Positions 54,970 through 64,000 of a DNA stretch of 64,000 nucleotides are shown here, piece by piece. Under the pieces are notes generated by a model that did no database searches, was not told the DNA's origin, and saw only the letters and a program-made list of their open reading frames with translations. The translations under genes and the position numbers were made by a program. Positions within the stretch are counted from its first letter, which is position 1. Each line of letters begins with the position of its first letter. Source of the stretch: Opitutaceae bacterium (GTDB taxonomy: Bacteria > Verrucomicrobiota > Verrucomicrobiia > Opitutales > Opitutaceae); the NCBI GenBank assembly GCA_025355125.1, contig JANXLP010000490.1:49-64048 (forward strand), in the 5' to 3' direction.

Positions 54970-57900
54970 GACGCACCTCCCCGTCCCGCCCGCCGCCGCG
55001 CCAGGGCTTCACGCTGACGCGCGGCACGATTCACCGCATCATTCCCATCAGTCGCCGCGACCCCGGCTCCACCGCCCAAATATTCCGCCAGCGCGCGCAC
55101 CGTTGGATGCGCAAAAAGCGCCACGACCGGGATCGGTCGCGCGAAGACGGTTTGTAGGCGGGCTTGCACCCGCACGAGGAGAAGCGAGTGTCCGCCGAGG
55201 TCGAAGAAATTTTCCGTCACGCCCACCGCCGCCCGCCCCAACACCGCGCACCACACCGCCGCGATTTTCTCCTCCCGCTCATTCCCCGGCCCCTCTGATC
55301 CCGCTGCCACCGCGCCATCATCTTCAACCGGCGCCGGCAACGCCCGGCGATCCACTTTCCCATTCGGCGTCAGCGGCAGCGCCGCCATAAAAACCAACGC
55401 CGCCGGCACCAGCGCCGCCGGCAACCGCGCCCGCAACGCCGCCCGCAACGCCCGCTCATCCTGCACCGGCGCCACGTGCGCCACCAGCGCCGCCTCGCCA
55501 CGCCACACCCGCACTCCCACCGCCGCCGCGGTCACGCCCGGCAACGCCAACAGCGCCGCCTCGATCTCTCCCGGCTCAATCCGTTGTCCGCGAATTTTCA
55601 CCTGCTCATCCGCGCGTCCGCAGAATTCCAGCGTCCCATCTTCACGCCAACGCGCGAGATCGCCCGTGCGATAAAGCCGCGCGCCCGCGACACCGAGTGG
55701 ATCGCTCACAAAACGTTCCGCCGTCCAATCCGCCCGCCCCAGATAGCCCCGCGCCAAACTCGGCCCACCCAGACAAAGTTCGCCCACCGCTCCGCGCGCC
55801 ACCGGCCGCAATTTTTCATCAAGCAACCGCACCACCGTATTCGCGATCGGCCGCCCAATATCCGGCGCCCGTCCATCACCCGACGCCACCGGCCCCGAGG
55901 TCGCCACCACCGTGTGCTCCGTCGGTCCGTAATTATTGCTCAACCGAAACGGCAGTCCCGCCGGCGGCCCCGCCCGCAATCGATCTCCGCCCGCCAACAG
56001 CCACCGCAGCCGCGTCGCCGCCGGCCATTCCAGCGCCAGCAATCGTTCCGCCAGCGGCGTCGGCGCAAAGCTCACCGTCGCGCCCACGTCGACGATCCAG
56101 TCGCGCAGCCGCTCCGGCGATGCCACCGTTTCCACCGACGCCACCGCGACACTCGCGCCGCACGCCAGATAAGGCCACGTCTCCCACACCGCCGCATCGA
56201 ACGCCACGCCCGCCACCAGCGTCCCACGATCCGCCGCCGTCACGCCAAACGCCCGCGCGTGCCAGTGAATCAAATTCGTCAACGCCGCCTGTCCCACCGC
56301 CACGCCCTTCGGTTTCCCTGTCGAGCCCGACGTATAAATCACATAAGCGAGATCCTCCGCCCGCGCCTCCACCGCCACGCCCTCCGAAACATTCTCCGCC
56401 ACCAATTCCTCCGCCGTCACCGCCATCATCGCCCCAAATCCCGCGCGCCGTTCCGCCGTCGTGATCACGATCATCGCCCCCGCATCCTCCGCCAGTCCCG
56501 CCAACCGCTCCGCCGGATGCGCCGGATCGAGCGGCAGATAAGCCGCGCCCGCCCGCCACACCGCGAGCTGCGCCACCACGAGTGCCGCCGAACGCTCAAG
56601 GCAGATCGCCACCGCGTTTTCCACGCCGATACCCCGCACCCGCAACGCCGCCGCCAGGCGATCCGCGCGCGCCAGTAACTCCGAAAATGTCAGCCTCTCC
56701 TTGTCATCCACCAGCGCCACCGCGTCCGGCGTCCGCTGCGCCCACGCCGCCACCAAAGCTGGCACCGTCATGCTCTCATCAAAAGTGAGTTTCTCGCCGG
56801 TCCCGAGTTGCGCGAGCTCTGCTGCTTCCGCCGCATCGGGTGCCGTCAGCGCAGAAATGGGAGCGTCGGGTCTCGCTACCGCCGCCCGCAGCACGCGCAC
56901 CAGCAGCCGCGCAAATCGCTCCATGCTCTCCGGTGCAAACCGGTCCGCCGCGTAATCCAGCGCCCCGCTCACGCCCGCCACGCCGTCCGTTATGCCGACC
57001 GTGAGATCGAACTTCGCCACCACCTCCTCCGGCTCGATCGGCGTGAGCGTCACGCCCGGCAACGCCAGTCCGCCGCCACCCGCCTGCTCGAGCGAAAACA
57101 CCGCCTGCACCAGCGGCGTCGTGCCGAGTTCGCGCCCGGGATTGAGCGCCTCGACGAGCTTTTCAAACGGCACGTCCTGATGCGCCAGCGCCGCCTCCAG
57201 GCCTCGCCGCGTGCGCGTCACCAGCTCGCGAAACGTCGGTTCGCCCGCCAGCTCCGTCCGCAGCACGAGCGTGTTCACAAAAAATCCGATCAACGGCTCA
57301 AGTTCGCCGCGCGTTCTCCCGGCCACCGGCGCGCCCAGCGCAAAATCCCGCTGGCCACTCCACGCGGCCAGCGCCGCCTGACCCGCCGCGAGCAACGTCG
57401 CAAAAAGTGTCGCGCCCGTCTCCCGCGCCAGCCGGTGCAACCCGTCCCGCAGCGCCGCATCCGTCGAAAAACGCACGCGCCCTCCGCGAAATCCCTGCAC
57501 CACCGCCCGCGGAAAATCCGCCGGCAACTCGAGCACCGGCAATCCCGCCAGCCGCTCCCGCCACCAGCCGATCTGACGCTCCAGCTCGGCCCCCGCCAGC
57601 GTCGCCCGCTGCCACACCGCAAAATCCCCATACTGCACCGCCAGCGCCGGCAGCGCCGCCAACCCGCCCGCCGCGTAGTGCGCCCCGATCTCCCGGATCA
57701 GCACGCCCGTGGACCAGCCATCCGACACGATATGATGCAGCGTGCAAACGACCACGTGTTCCGTCGCCGCCACTTTCAAAATCCGCACGCGCACCAGCGG
57801 CCCGCTCCCCAAATCAAATATCCCCGCCGCCTCCTCCGCCGCCACCCGCCGCGCCGCGCCGCGCGCATCTGCCTCACCCGACACATCCGCAAATTCCGCC

Positions 57901-58259
57901 GCAAACCCATCCTCACCCACCGCCCGCACGCGTTGCACCGGTTCACCCGCAGCATCGAGGGCAAAGAATGTCCGCAACCCTTCATGCCGCGCCACCACCG
58001 CGTCCACACTCCGCGCCAACGCCGCCACATCGAGCGTCCCCGTCAACGTAAACGCCGCCGAGATATTATACGCCGCGTTGCCCGGCAGCAGCCGGTCCAG
58101 AAACCACAACCGCTGCTGCGCAAACGACAGCGGCGCCTCCGCCCCCGTCGTCCGTCGCGGAATCGTCGCCACCGCCCGCACCGGCGCAGCCACCCCCGCG
58201 CCGCCTTCTTCGGCGAGCAATCGCGCCAACAATTCGTCCTCTGCCGCCGCGTCGCTCAT
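54966..58259 (-). CDS. NRPS module C - A - T (Leu-type A domain)
   Basis: Track ORF is 54966..58385; ATG 58259 (MSDAAAEDE) overlaps the upstream stop (ATGA). C: HHIVSDGWS. A: YVIYTSGSTGKPKG, NNYGPTEHT, GELCLGGPSLARGY, YRTGDLARW. T: FFDLGGHSLLLVRV. The hand-extracted code DAWFLGNVVK equals a published Leu code. Confidence 0.9.
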   Translation of the reverse strand: MSDAAAEDELLARLLAEEGGAGVAAPVRAVATIPRRTTGAEAPLSFAQQRLWFLDRLLPGNAAYNISAAFTLTGTLDVAALARSVDAVVARHEGLRTFFALDAAGEPVQRVRAVGEDGFAAEFADVSGEADARGAARRVAAEEAAGIFDLGSGPLVRVRILKVAATEHVVVCTLHHIVSDGWSTGVLIREIGAHYAAGGLAALPALAVQYGDFAVWQRATLAGAELERQIGWWRERLAGLPVLELPADFPRAVVQGFRGGRVRFSTDAALRDGLHRLARETGATLFATLLAAGQAALAAWSGQRDFALGAPVAGRTRGELEPLIGFFVNTLVLRTELAGEPTFRELVTRTRRGLEAALAHQDVPFEKLVEALNPGRELGTTPLVQAVFSLEQAGGGGLALPGVTLTPIEPEEVVAKFDLTVGITDGVAGVSGALDYAADRFAPESMERFARLLVRVLRAAVARPDAPISALTAPDAAEAAELAQLGTGEKLTFDESMTVPALVAAWAQRTPDAVALVDDKERLTFSELLARADRLAAALRVRGIGVENAVAICLERSAALVVAQLAVWRAGAAYLPLDPAHPAERLAGLAEDAGAMIVITTAERRAGFGAMMAVTAEELVAENVSEGVAVEARAEDLAYVIYTSGSTGKPKGVAVGQAALTNLIHWHARAFGVTAADRGTLVAGVAFDAAVWETWPYLACGASVAVASVETVASPERLRDWIVDVGATVSFAPTPLAERLLALEWPAATRLRWLLAGGDRLRAGPPAGLPFRLSNNYGPTEHTVVATSGPVASGDGRAPDIGRPIANTVVRLLDEKLRPVARGAVGELCLGGPSLARGYLGRADWTAERFVSDPLGVAGARLYRTGDLARWREDGTLEFCGRADEQVKIRGQRIEPGEIEAALLALPGVTAAAVGVRVWRGEAALVAHVAPVQDERALRAALRARLPAALVPAALVFMAALPLTPNGKVDRRALPAPVEDDGAVAAGSEGPGNEREEKIAAVWCAVLGRAAVGVTENFFDLGGHSLLLVRVQARLQTVFARPIPVVALFAHPTVRALAEYLGGGAGVAATDGNDAVNRAARQREALARRRAGRGGAS

Positions 58260-61200
58260 GGCTTCGTCGTCGCTAGCATCCGCGCCTTCTCTTCCGACGA
58301 GAGCGCCCGCATGCGCAGACGCACCCGTGCGTAGCGTTCCGCGTGCCCCCCCATCGGCTCCAACGCGACCAGCGCCCGCGCGCATCCCGCCGGCGTCGGG
58401 TCTTCAAAAAATCGCATCAACGGCAGCTCCACCAACACTTGCTCGCGAAACCGCGACACCAGTTGCGTCGCCAGCAACGAATGCCCGCCGAGCATGAAAA
58501 AATTGTCGTCGCGCCCCACCTTCACGCCGCCGAGCAGCTCCGCCCACAACGCCGCCACCAATTCCTCCAGCGGCCCTTGCGGTGGCGCCGCATCCGACGC
58601 GCCCACCACCGCCATCGGTGCGGGCAACGCGCGGCGATCCGTCTTCCCCGCCGGCGAGAGCGGCAGCGCGTCCATAAAAACCCACGCCGCCGGCACCATG
58701 TGCTCCGGCAACTGCGCCGCGAGCGCCGCCCGCAATTCCGCCACCGTCGGCGCGACGCCACGCGCCACGACATAGCCCACCAGCCGCGCATCACCCGGCG
58801 CGTCCGTGCGCAGCGTCACCACCGCATCCGCCACGCCCGCCTGCGCGCGGACCACCGCCTCGATCTCGCCCAGCTCTATGCGAAAGCCCCGCAGCTTCAC
58901 CTGAAAATCCAGCCGCCCCAAATATTCCACTTCACCGTCCGCGCGCCAGCGGCCGAGATCACCCGTGCGGTAGAGTCGCGCACCCGCTACCGTCGGGTGC
59001 GGCACCCAACGCTCCGCCGTCAACTCCGGCCGTGCATGATAACCACGGCCAAGACCGACTCCGCCGAGAAAAACTTCGCCCGCCACGCCGATGGGCACTT
59101 CGCGCAACCCCGCATCCAGCACGTGGATTTCAATATTCGCGATCGGCCGCCCGATCGGCACCGGACCCGTGTCGCCGCGCCGAACCGCGTGCCACGTCAC
59201 ATCCACCGCCGCCTCCGTGGGGCCGTAGAGATTGTGCAGCGCGCAATTGAGTCTCGTATAAAAACGATCGGCTAGCTCACGCGGCAATTCCTCGCCTGAG
59301 CACACGACTAGCCGGAGCGACGTGCAGCGCTCGACACCGGGCGCATCGAGAAACGCGCGCAACATCGAGGGCACAAAATGCAGTGTCGTGATTTTCTCCG
59401 CCACGATCAGCTCCACCAACCGCGCCGGGTCGCGGTGCGCATCAGGCGCCGCGACCACCAACGTCGCGCCCGCCATGAACGGCCAGAAGAATTCCCACAC
59501 CGACACGTCGAAGCTGAACGGCGTCTTTTGCAGCACGCGATCCGCCGGCGTCAACGGCAGCGCCGCCTGCATCCAAAGCAACCGGTTCAGGATTGCGGAG
59601 TGCGTGTTGACCGCGCCTTTCGGCCGGCCCGTCGAACCCGACGTGTAAATCATGTAGGCCGCGCTGTCCGCATGCAGCGCCGGCACCGTGGCCGCGGTCA
59701 CCGCCGCGTCACCCTCCGTCTCCGCATCGATTAAAAAAATCTCCGCCGGCGTCGCCGGCAATTGCCCCGCCAACGCGCCCGTCGTGATCACCCACGCCGC
59801 CGCCGCATCCGCAAGCATGTGCGCCACGCGCTCCGCTGGATAACCCGGATCGAGCGGCACATAAACCCCGCCCGCCTTCATCACCGCGTGCAACGCCACC
59901 ACGAGTTCCACCGAACGCTCCAAATAAACGCCCACCCGCGTCTCCGCCGCCACGCCCCGCGCGCGCAACACCGACGCCAGCCGCGTCACGCGCGCGCCAA
60001 ATTCCCCGTAGCTCACCTTCCCTTCACCAAAAACCAGCGCCGTCGTCTCCGCAGAAATCCGCGCCGGCCACTCGTGAATCCACGGCCCCGCCGGCCACAC
60101 CCGCGCCGTATCGTTCCACCCGCGCAATTCCGCCGTCTCCGCCACCGATAACAACGGCAGCGCCGACAAACGTCGTTTCGGCTGCGCCGCCGCGCCCGCC
60201 AGCAGCGTCACATAGCGCGCCAGCAGCCGCTCCGCCGTCGCCCGGTCAAACAGCGCCGTGTTAAACTCCAGCGAGAGCCCGAGTCCGCCATCGCGCTCGC
60301 TCGCGCCGAGCGTGAGTTCGTATTTAGCCGTGCGCCCTTCCGCGTGTAGCGGCTCCAACGTTAGCCCCGCCACGCGCGCCTCGCCGACCGGCGAATTCTG
60401 CAACACCAAAAGCGTTTGAAACAGCGGCGGTCTCGCGAGATCGCGCGGCGGATTGAGCGCTTCCACGATCTGCTCGAAAGGCGCGTCCTGATGCGCGTAG
60501 GCGTCGAGCGTCGTCGTCCGCACCCGCGCCAACAGCTCCGTAAACAGCGGATCACCCGCCGTGTCCGCCCGCAGCACGAGCGTGTTGAGAAAAAGTCCGA
60601 TCAGCGGCTCCGCTTCCCGCCGCGTCCGCCCCGCGATCGGCGTGCCCACCGCAAAATCCGTCTGCCCACTGTGTCGCAGCAGCCACGTCTCCCAGCCCGC
60701 CAGCAACACCATGAAGAGCGTCGCCCCCGCATTCCGCGCCTGCGTCGTCAACGCCCCGAGCACCGCCGCATCGAGCGTCACCGCGACCATTCCGCCCACA
60801 TAAGTCTGCACCGGCGGACGCGCCCGATCCGTCGGCAGCTCTAGCACCGGCACCCCCGCGAGTTTCGTCCGCCAATAGTCCAACTGCCGCGCCAGTTCGC
60901 CACCGCGCAACCACGCGCGCTGCCACGCCGCGAAATCCCCGTAGCTCAACGCCAGCGCCGGCAACACTCGCCCCTCGTAGAGCGCGCCGAGCTCCCGCAC
61001 GAGCACCCCCTCCGACCAACCGTCGAAGATCGCGTGATGAAACGTAAATCCGAGCACATGCTCATCCGCACCTACGCGCACCAAGCGCACCCGCCACAGC
61101 GGACCGCTGCCGAGGTCGAACGCCGTCGCCGCATCTGCCGCCAGCAGCGTTTTCCAATCACCGCTCTCGGTCACCGCCAGCGTCACCGGCGCCCCCGTCG

Positions 61201-64000
61201 CTTCCGTCTGCATCACCGCGCCCGCCTCTTCGCGAAGACCCGTGCGCAACGGCTCATGCCGCGCCGTCAAGGCCACCAACGCCGCCGCCAGACGTTCCGC
61301 CACGAGCGGCCCGCGCAGGCGCACCGCGAGTTGCAGGTGATTCGCCGCATTGCCCGGCGTCAGCCGTTCCAACAGCCAGAAACGCTGCTGGCCAAACGAC
61401 GCCGGCGCCGGCCCGGTCCCATCGCGGGCCGTCAGCGGCGGCGGTGTGCCCGCACCGCCCGCCCGCTGCGCCGACACCCATTCCGCCAGCCCCCGCGGCG
61501 TGGGCGCATCAAAGATCGCGCGTAACGCCAGGCCCGGCGCCACCCGCTCTCGCAGCCTCGAGATTAACTTCGTCGCGAGTAACGAATGTCCGCCCAGCTC
61601 AAAGAAATTTCCATCCGCACCCACACGCCCGAGGCCGAGCACCTCCGCAAACGTGCCCGCCACCACGGCCGTCAGCGGTGAGCCATCAAGCGCGCAATCC
61701 GACGGCAGGCCCGCGTCACCTTCAGCATCCACTGCCGGCAGCGCCTTCTTGTTCACCTTGCCGTTCGGCGTCAGCGGCAGCGCCGCCACAAAAACCCACC
61801 CACCCGGCACCATGTGCTCGGGCAGGCGTTCGCGCGCCCACGTGCGCAACTCCGCCGCGCTCGCCGTCGCGCCCTCGCGCAGCGCGATCCACGCCGCCAG
61901 CTGCGTCACGTCGCGCACCGCGACCGCCGCCTCGCGCACGGCCGGATGCGCCGTCAACACCGCTTCGATTTCGCCCAGTTCGATGCGAAAACCGCGCACC
62001 TTCACCTGCTCGTCAATACGCCCCAGAAATTCCAGCCGCCCATCTTCGGCCCACCGCACGAGATCGCCCGTGCGATACAACCGCGCGCCCGGTTCGCGCG
62101 AAAACGGGTCCGGCATGAAACGCTCCGCCGTGAGTTCCGGCCGCCCCAGATAACCGCGCGCCAGACTCGCGCCGGCAATGCAAAGTTCACCCGCCACGCC
62201 CGGCGGCACGAGTCCACCCGCCGTGTCCAGCACCTGCGCCCGCGTGCCCGTAACCGGCCCGCCGATGGGCGCGTGCGTCTCGTCCGCGCGCAGTTCCGTC
62301 CACGTCGCCACGACCGCGTTTTCCGTCGGTCCATACGCGTTCACAAACCGCCGCGTCCCGTCGGCCCAGCGCTCCACCAAGCCCGGCCGGCACGCCTCGC
62401 CGCCCACGATCAGCAATCGCAGCGTCGCCCCCGCGCCCTCCGGCAAATGCGCCGCCGTGCTCGGCGGGAGCAACACGCAGGTGACGCCAAACGTCGCCAG
62501 CGTTTCCGCCAACGGCTCGCCCGGCCGCAACGCCTCAGCCGTCGCGCACACCAACGCCGCCCCGCTGCTCAGCGCCAGGCTCAGTTCCCACACCGAGGCG
62601 TCGAAACTCGTCGAGGCAAACTGCAGCACGCGATCGCCCGCGCCCAGTCCCGCCGCCTCCGCCTGAAACGCCGCCAGCGCCGCCCATGCCCCACGCGAAA
62701 CGACCACGCCCTTCGGCCGCCCCGTCGAGCCCGACGTGTAGATCACATACGCTGCCTGCGCCGCCTCCACGTCCTCAACCACCGCGTTCGCTTCCACTTT
62801 TTCTGCGGCGCCTTCCTTCGCATTCAGCTCTTCCCAGATCAACACCGTGCGACCCTCGCCGCGCACGCGCTCCGCGTGCTCGCGCGGCGCGATCACCAAC
62901 GCAGCCCCGCTGTCCGCCAGCATGAATTCAATGCGCGCCGCCGGATACGCCGGATCAATCGGCAGATACGCCGCGCCCGCGCGCACCACCGCCAACGCCG
63001 CTACCGGCCAATCCGTCGCGCGTCCAAAACACAGCGCCACGATTTTCTCGCGCACCGCACCCGCCGCCCGCAGTCGCTGCGCGATCCCCGCCGTCTGCGC
63101 TGCGAGCGCGGCATAGCTCATCTCACCCGCCGCCGAGATCAACGCCGGCGCCGTCGGCTGCCTGGCGGCTTTGCTTAAAAAGAGTCCCAGCCAATCCGGC
63201 GTCTCGGCTTTGCGCGCCGCGCCGCTCCACGCAGCGAGTTGCGTCAGCTCTGCCGGCTCCAGCAGACGAATCACCCCGAGTCGCGTCACTCCTTCACCCG
63301 CGGTGAGTTGCCGCACCGCCGCGCGAAACCGCACGGAGATATCCTCGCCCGCCGCCTTCGTTACACGCACGCCGTCGCACAACAACCGCACCGCCAATCC
63401 GCTTACGTCCGCCGCCGCGACCACCGTCAGCGGATAATGCGTGCGCTCCAAACTCCGCGCTTCGGCCAGCCTCAGTCCCGCCGGCAGCGCCTCCGCCGCC
63501 GCGCCCGCCCCCGGATAATTTTCAAAAACGAACAGTGTCTCAAACAACCCGCGCCCCGCCGGCACTTCGCTCCAGCCGCGCACGTTCGCCAACGGCGTGT
63601 GCTCATAAGTCCGCGCCGCCGCCAGCCGCGCCTGCACCGCCGCCAGCCATGCGCCCGCAGTCGCCACTGCCGGCACCGCCACGCGCAACGGCAGCGTGTT
63701 GATAAAAAGTCCCACCGTCTCCTCCGCCCGCGCCAACTCCGGCGGCCGCCCCGCCACCGTGCAGCCAAAAACCACCTCATCGCGCCCGCTCATCCGCGCC
63801 AACACCAGCGCCCACGCCGCCGTGGTCAGCGTGGCGAGCGTCACCCCGCGCGCCGCACTCCAGGTTTTCAACCGCGCCGTTTCTTCCGCACCAAAACCCG
63901 CCGACACTTCACACGGCGTGTCCTCACGATCACGATCCCCCGCTTCCACGCGGACCGGCAGCGGCGTCGGCTCATCAAAACCCGCCAGCTCACGCCGCCA
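58256..64000 (-). CDS. NRPS, 5' end outside the window: (partial C) - A - T - C - A - T with a C-terminal tail
   Basis: The frame stays open through position 64000 (hand-checked: WRRELAGFDEPTPLPVRV...), so the track's GTG at 63949 is not the real start.
- A1: YVIYTSGSTGRPKG, NAYGPTENA, code DAWLIGAVVK (Leu-like/hydrophobic).
- T1: FFELGGHSLLATKL.
- C2: HHAIFDGWS.
- A2: YMIYTSGSTGRPKG, NLYGPTEAA, code DVWHVSLVDK (Ser-like).
- T2: FFMLGGHSLLATQL. Confidence 0.9.
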   Translation of the reverse strand, partial: WRRELAGFDEPTPLPVRVEAGDRDREDTPCEVSAGFGAEETARLKTWSAARGVTLATLTTAAWALVLARMSGRDEVVFGCTVAGRPPELARAEETVGLFINTLPLRVAVPAVATAGAWLAAVQARLAAARTYEHTPLANVRGWSEVPAGRGLFETLFVFENYPGAGAAAEALPAGLRLAEARSLERTHYPLTVVAAADVSGLAVRLLCDGVRVTKAAGEDISVRFRAAVRQLTAGEGVTRLGVIRLLEPAELTQLAAWSGAARKAETPDWLGLFLSKAARQPTAPALISAAGEMSYAALAAQTAGIAQRLRAAGAVREKIVALCFGRATDWPVAALAVVRAGAAYLPIDPAYPAARIEFMLADSGAALVIAPREHAERVRGEGRTVLIWEELNAKEGAAEKVEANAVVEDVEAAQAAYVIYTSGSTGRPKGVVVSRGAWAALAAFQAEAAGLGAGDRVLQFASTSFDASVWELSLALSSGAALVCATAEALRPGEPLAETLATFGVTCVLLPPSTAAHLPEGAGATLRLLIVGGEACRPGLVERWADGTRRFVNAYGPTENAVVATWTELRADETHAPIGGPVTGTRAQVLDTAGGLVPPGVAGELCIAGASLARGYLGRPELTAERFMPDPFSREPGARLYRTGDLVRWAEDGRLEFLGRIDEQVKVRGFRIELGEIEAVLTAHPAVREAAVAVRDVTQLAAWIALREGATASAAELRTWARERLPEHMVPGGWVFVAALPLTPNGKVNKKALPAVDAEGDAGLPSDCALDGSPLTAVVAGTFAEVLGLGRVGADGNFFELGGHSLLATKLISRLRERVAPGLALRAIFDAPTPRGLAEWVSAQRAGGAGTPPPLTARDGTGPAPASFGQQRFWLLERLTPGNAANHLQLAVRLRGPLVAERLAAALVALTARHEPLRTGLREEAGAVMQTEATGAPVTLAVTESGDWKTLLAADAATAFDLGSGPLWRVRLVRVGADEHVLGFTFHHAIFDGWSEGVLVRELGALYEGRVLPALALSYGDFAAWQRAWLRGGELARQLDYWRTKLAGVPVLELPTDRARPPVQTYVGGMVAVTLDAAVLGALTTQARNAGATLFMVLLAGWETWLLRHSGQTDFAVGTPIAGRTRREAEPLIGLFLNTLVLRADTAGDPLFTELLARVRTTTLDAYAHQDAPFEQIVEALNPPRDLARPPLFQTLLVLQNSPVGEARVAGLTLEPLHAEGRTAKYELTLGASERDGGLGLSLEFNTALFDRATAERLLARYVTLLAGAAAQPKRRLSALPLLSVAETAELRGWNDTARVWPAGPWIHEWPARISAETTALVFGEGKVSYGEFGARVTRLASVLRARGVAAETRVGVYLERSVELVVALHAVMKAGGVYVPLDPGYPAERVAHMLADAAAAWVITTGALAGQLPATPAEIFLIDAETEGDAAVTAATVPALHADSAAYMIYTSGSTGRPKGAVNTHSAILNRLLWMQAALPLTPADRVLQKTPFSFDVSVWEFFWPFMAGATLVVAAPDAHRDPARLVELIVAEKITTLHFVPSMLRAFLDAPGVERCTSLRLVVCSGEELPRELADRFYTRLNCALHNLYGPTEAAVDVTWHAVRRGDTGPVPIGRPIANIEIHVLDAGLREVPIGVAGEVFLGGVGLGRGYHARPELTAERWVPHPTVAGARLYRTGDLGRWRADGEVEYLGRLDFQVKLRGFRIELGEIEAVVRAQAGVADAVVTLRTDAPGDARLVGYVVARGVAPTVAELRAALAAQLPEHMVPAAWVFMDALPLSPAGKTDRRALPAPMAVVGASDAAPPQGPLEELVAALWAELLGGVKVGRDDNFFMLGGHSLLATQLVSRFREQVLVELPLMRFFEDPTPAGCARALVALEPMGGHAERYARVRLRMRALSSEEKARMLATTKP

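Overview
High-GC bacterial window with no rRNA, tRNA or CRISPR; the taxon cannot be fixed from sequence alone. Both ends lie inside NRPS/PKS megasynthase genes. All domain calls are by-eye motif recognition; no database search was possible.

Left arm (1-14345):
- A minus-strand PKS pair: FAAL-ACP-KS-AT-LLM-KR-ACP, followed by an AT-less KS-LLM module that runs off the window. That second gene is absent from the ORF track and was hand-translated.
- A divergently transcribed C-A-T NRPS with a TubC-type docking domain.

Right arm (38311-64000), one minus-strand, mostly ATGA-coupled operon:
- NRPS (..C)-A-T-C-A-T
- NRPS C-A-T
- PKS KS-KR-CP (AT-less)
- PKS KS-AT-KR-CP
- PKS KS-AT-KR-DH-ER-CP
- hotdog thioesterase
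- NodU/CmcH carbamoyltransferase

Central ~24 kb:
- Standard NRPS accessories: Fe/2OG oxygenase, SyrD-type ABC exporter, MbtH, type II thioesterase, Sfp-type PPTase.
- Other genes: an SPFH/prohibitin protein, an orphan PotD-like binding protein, a LysA-like decarboxylase, two methyltransferases and a decayed IS element.
- Two unexplained modules, which are the best candidates for undescribed biology: (a) a ParA/MinD-like ATPase interleaved with three DUF697-like membrane paralogs and a 62-aa membrane protein; (b) a translationally coupled operon encoding a TLC-transporter-HEAT-cNMP fusion, two HAMP sensors, a small cNMP-domain protein and a class III adenylate cyclase.

Most other ORFs in the track are Arg/Pro/His/Gly-rich shadow frames of the real genes.
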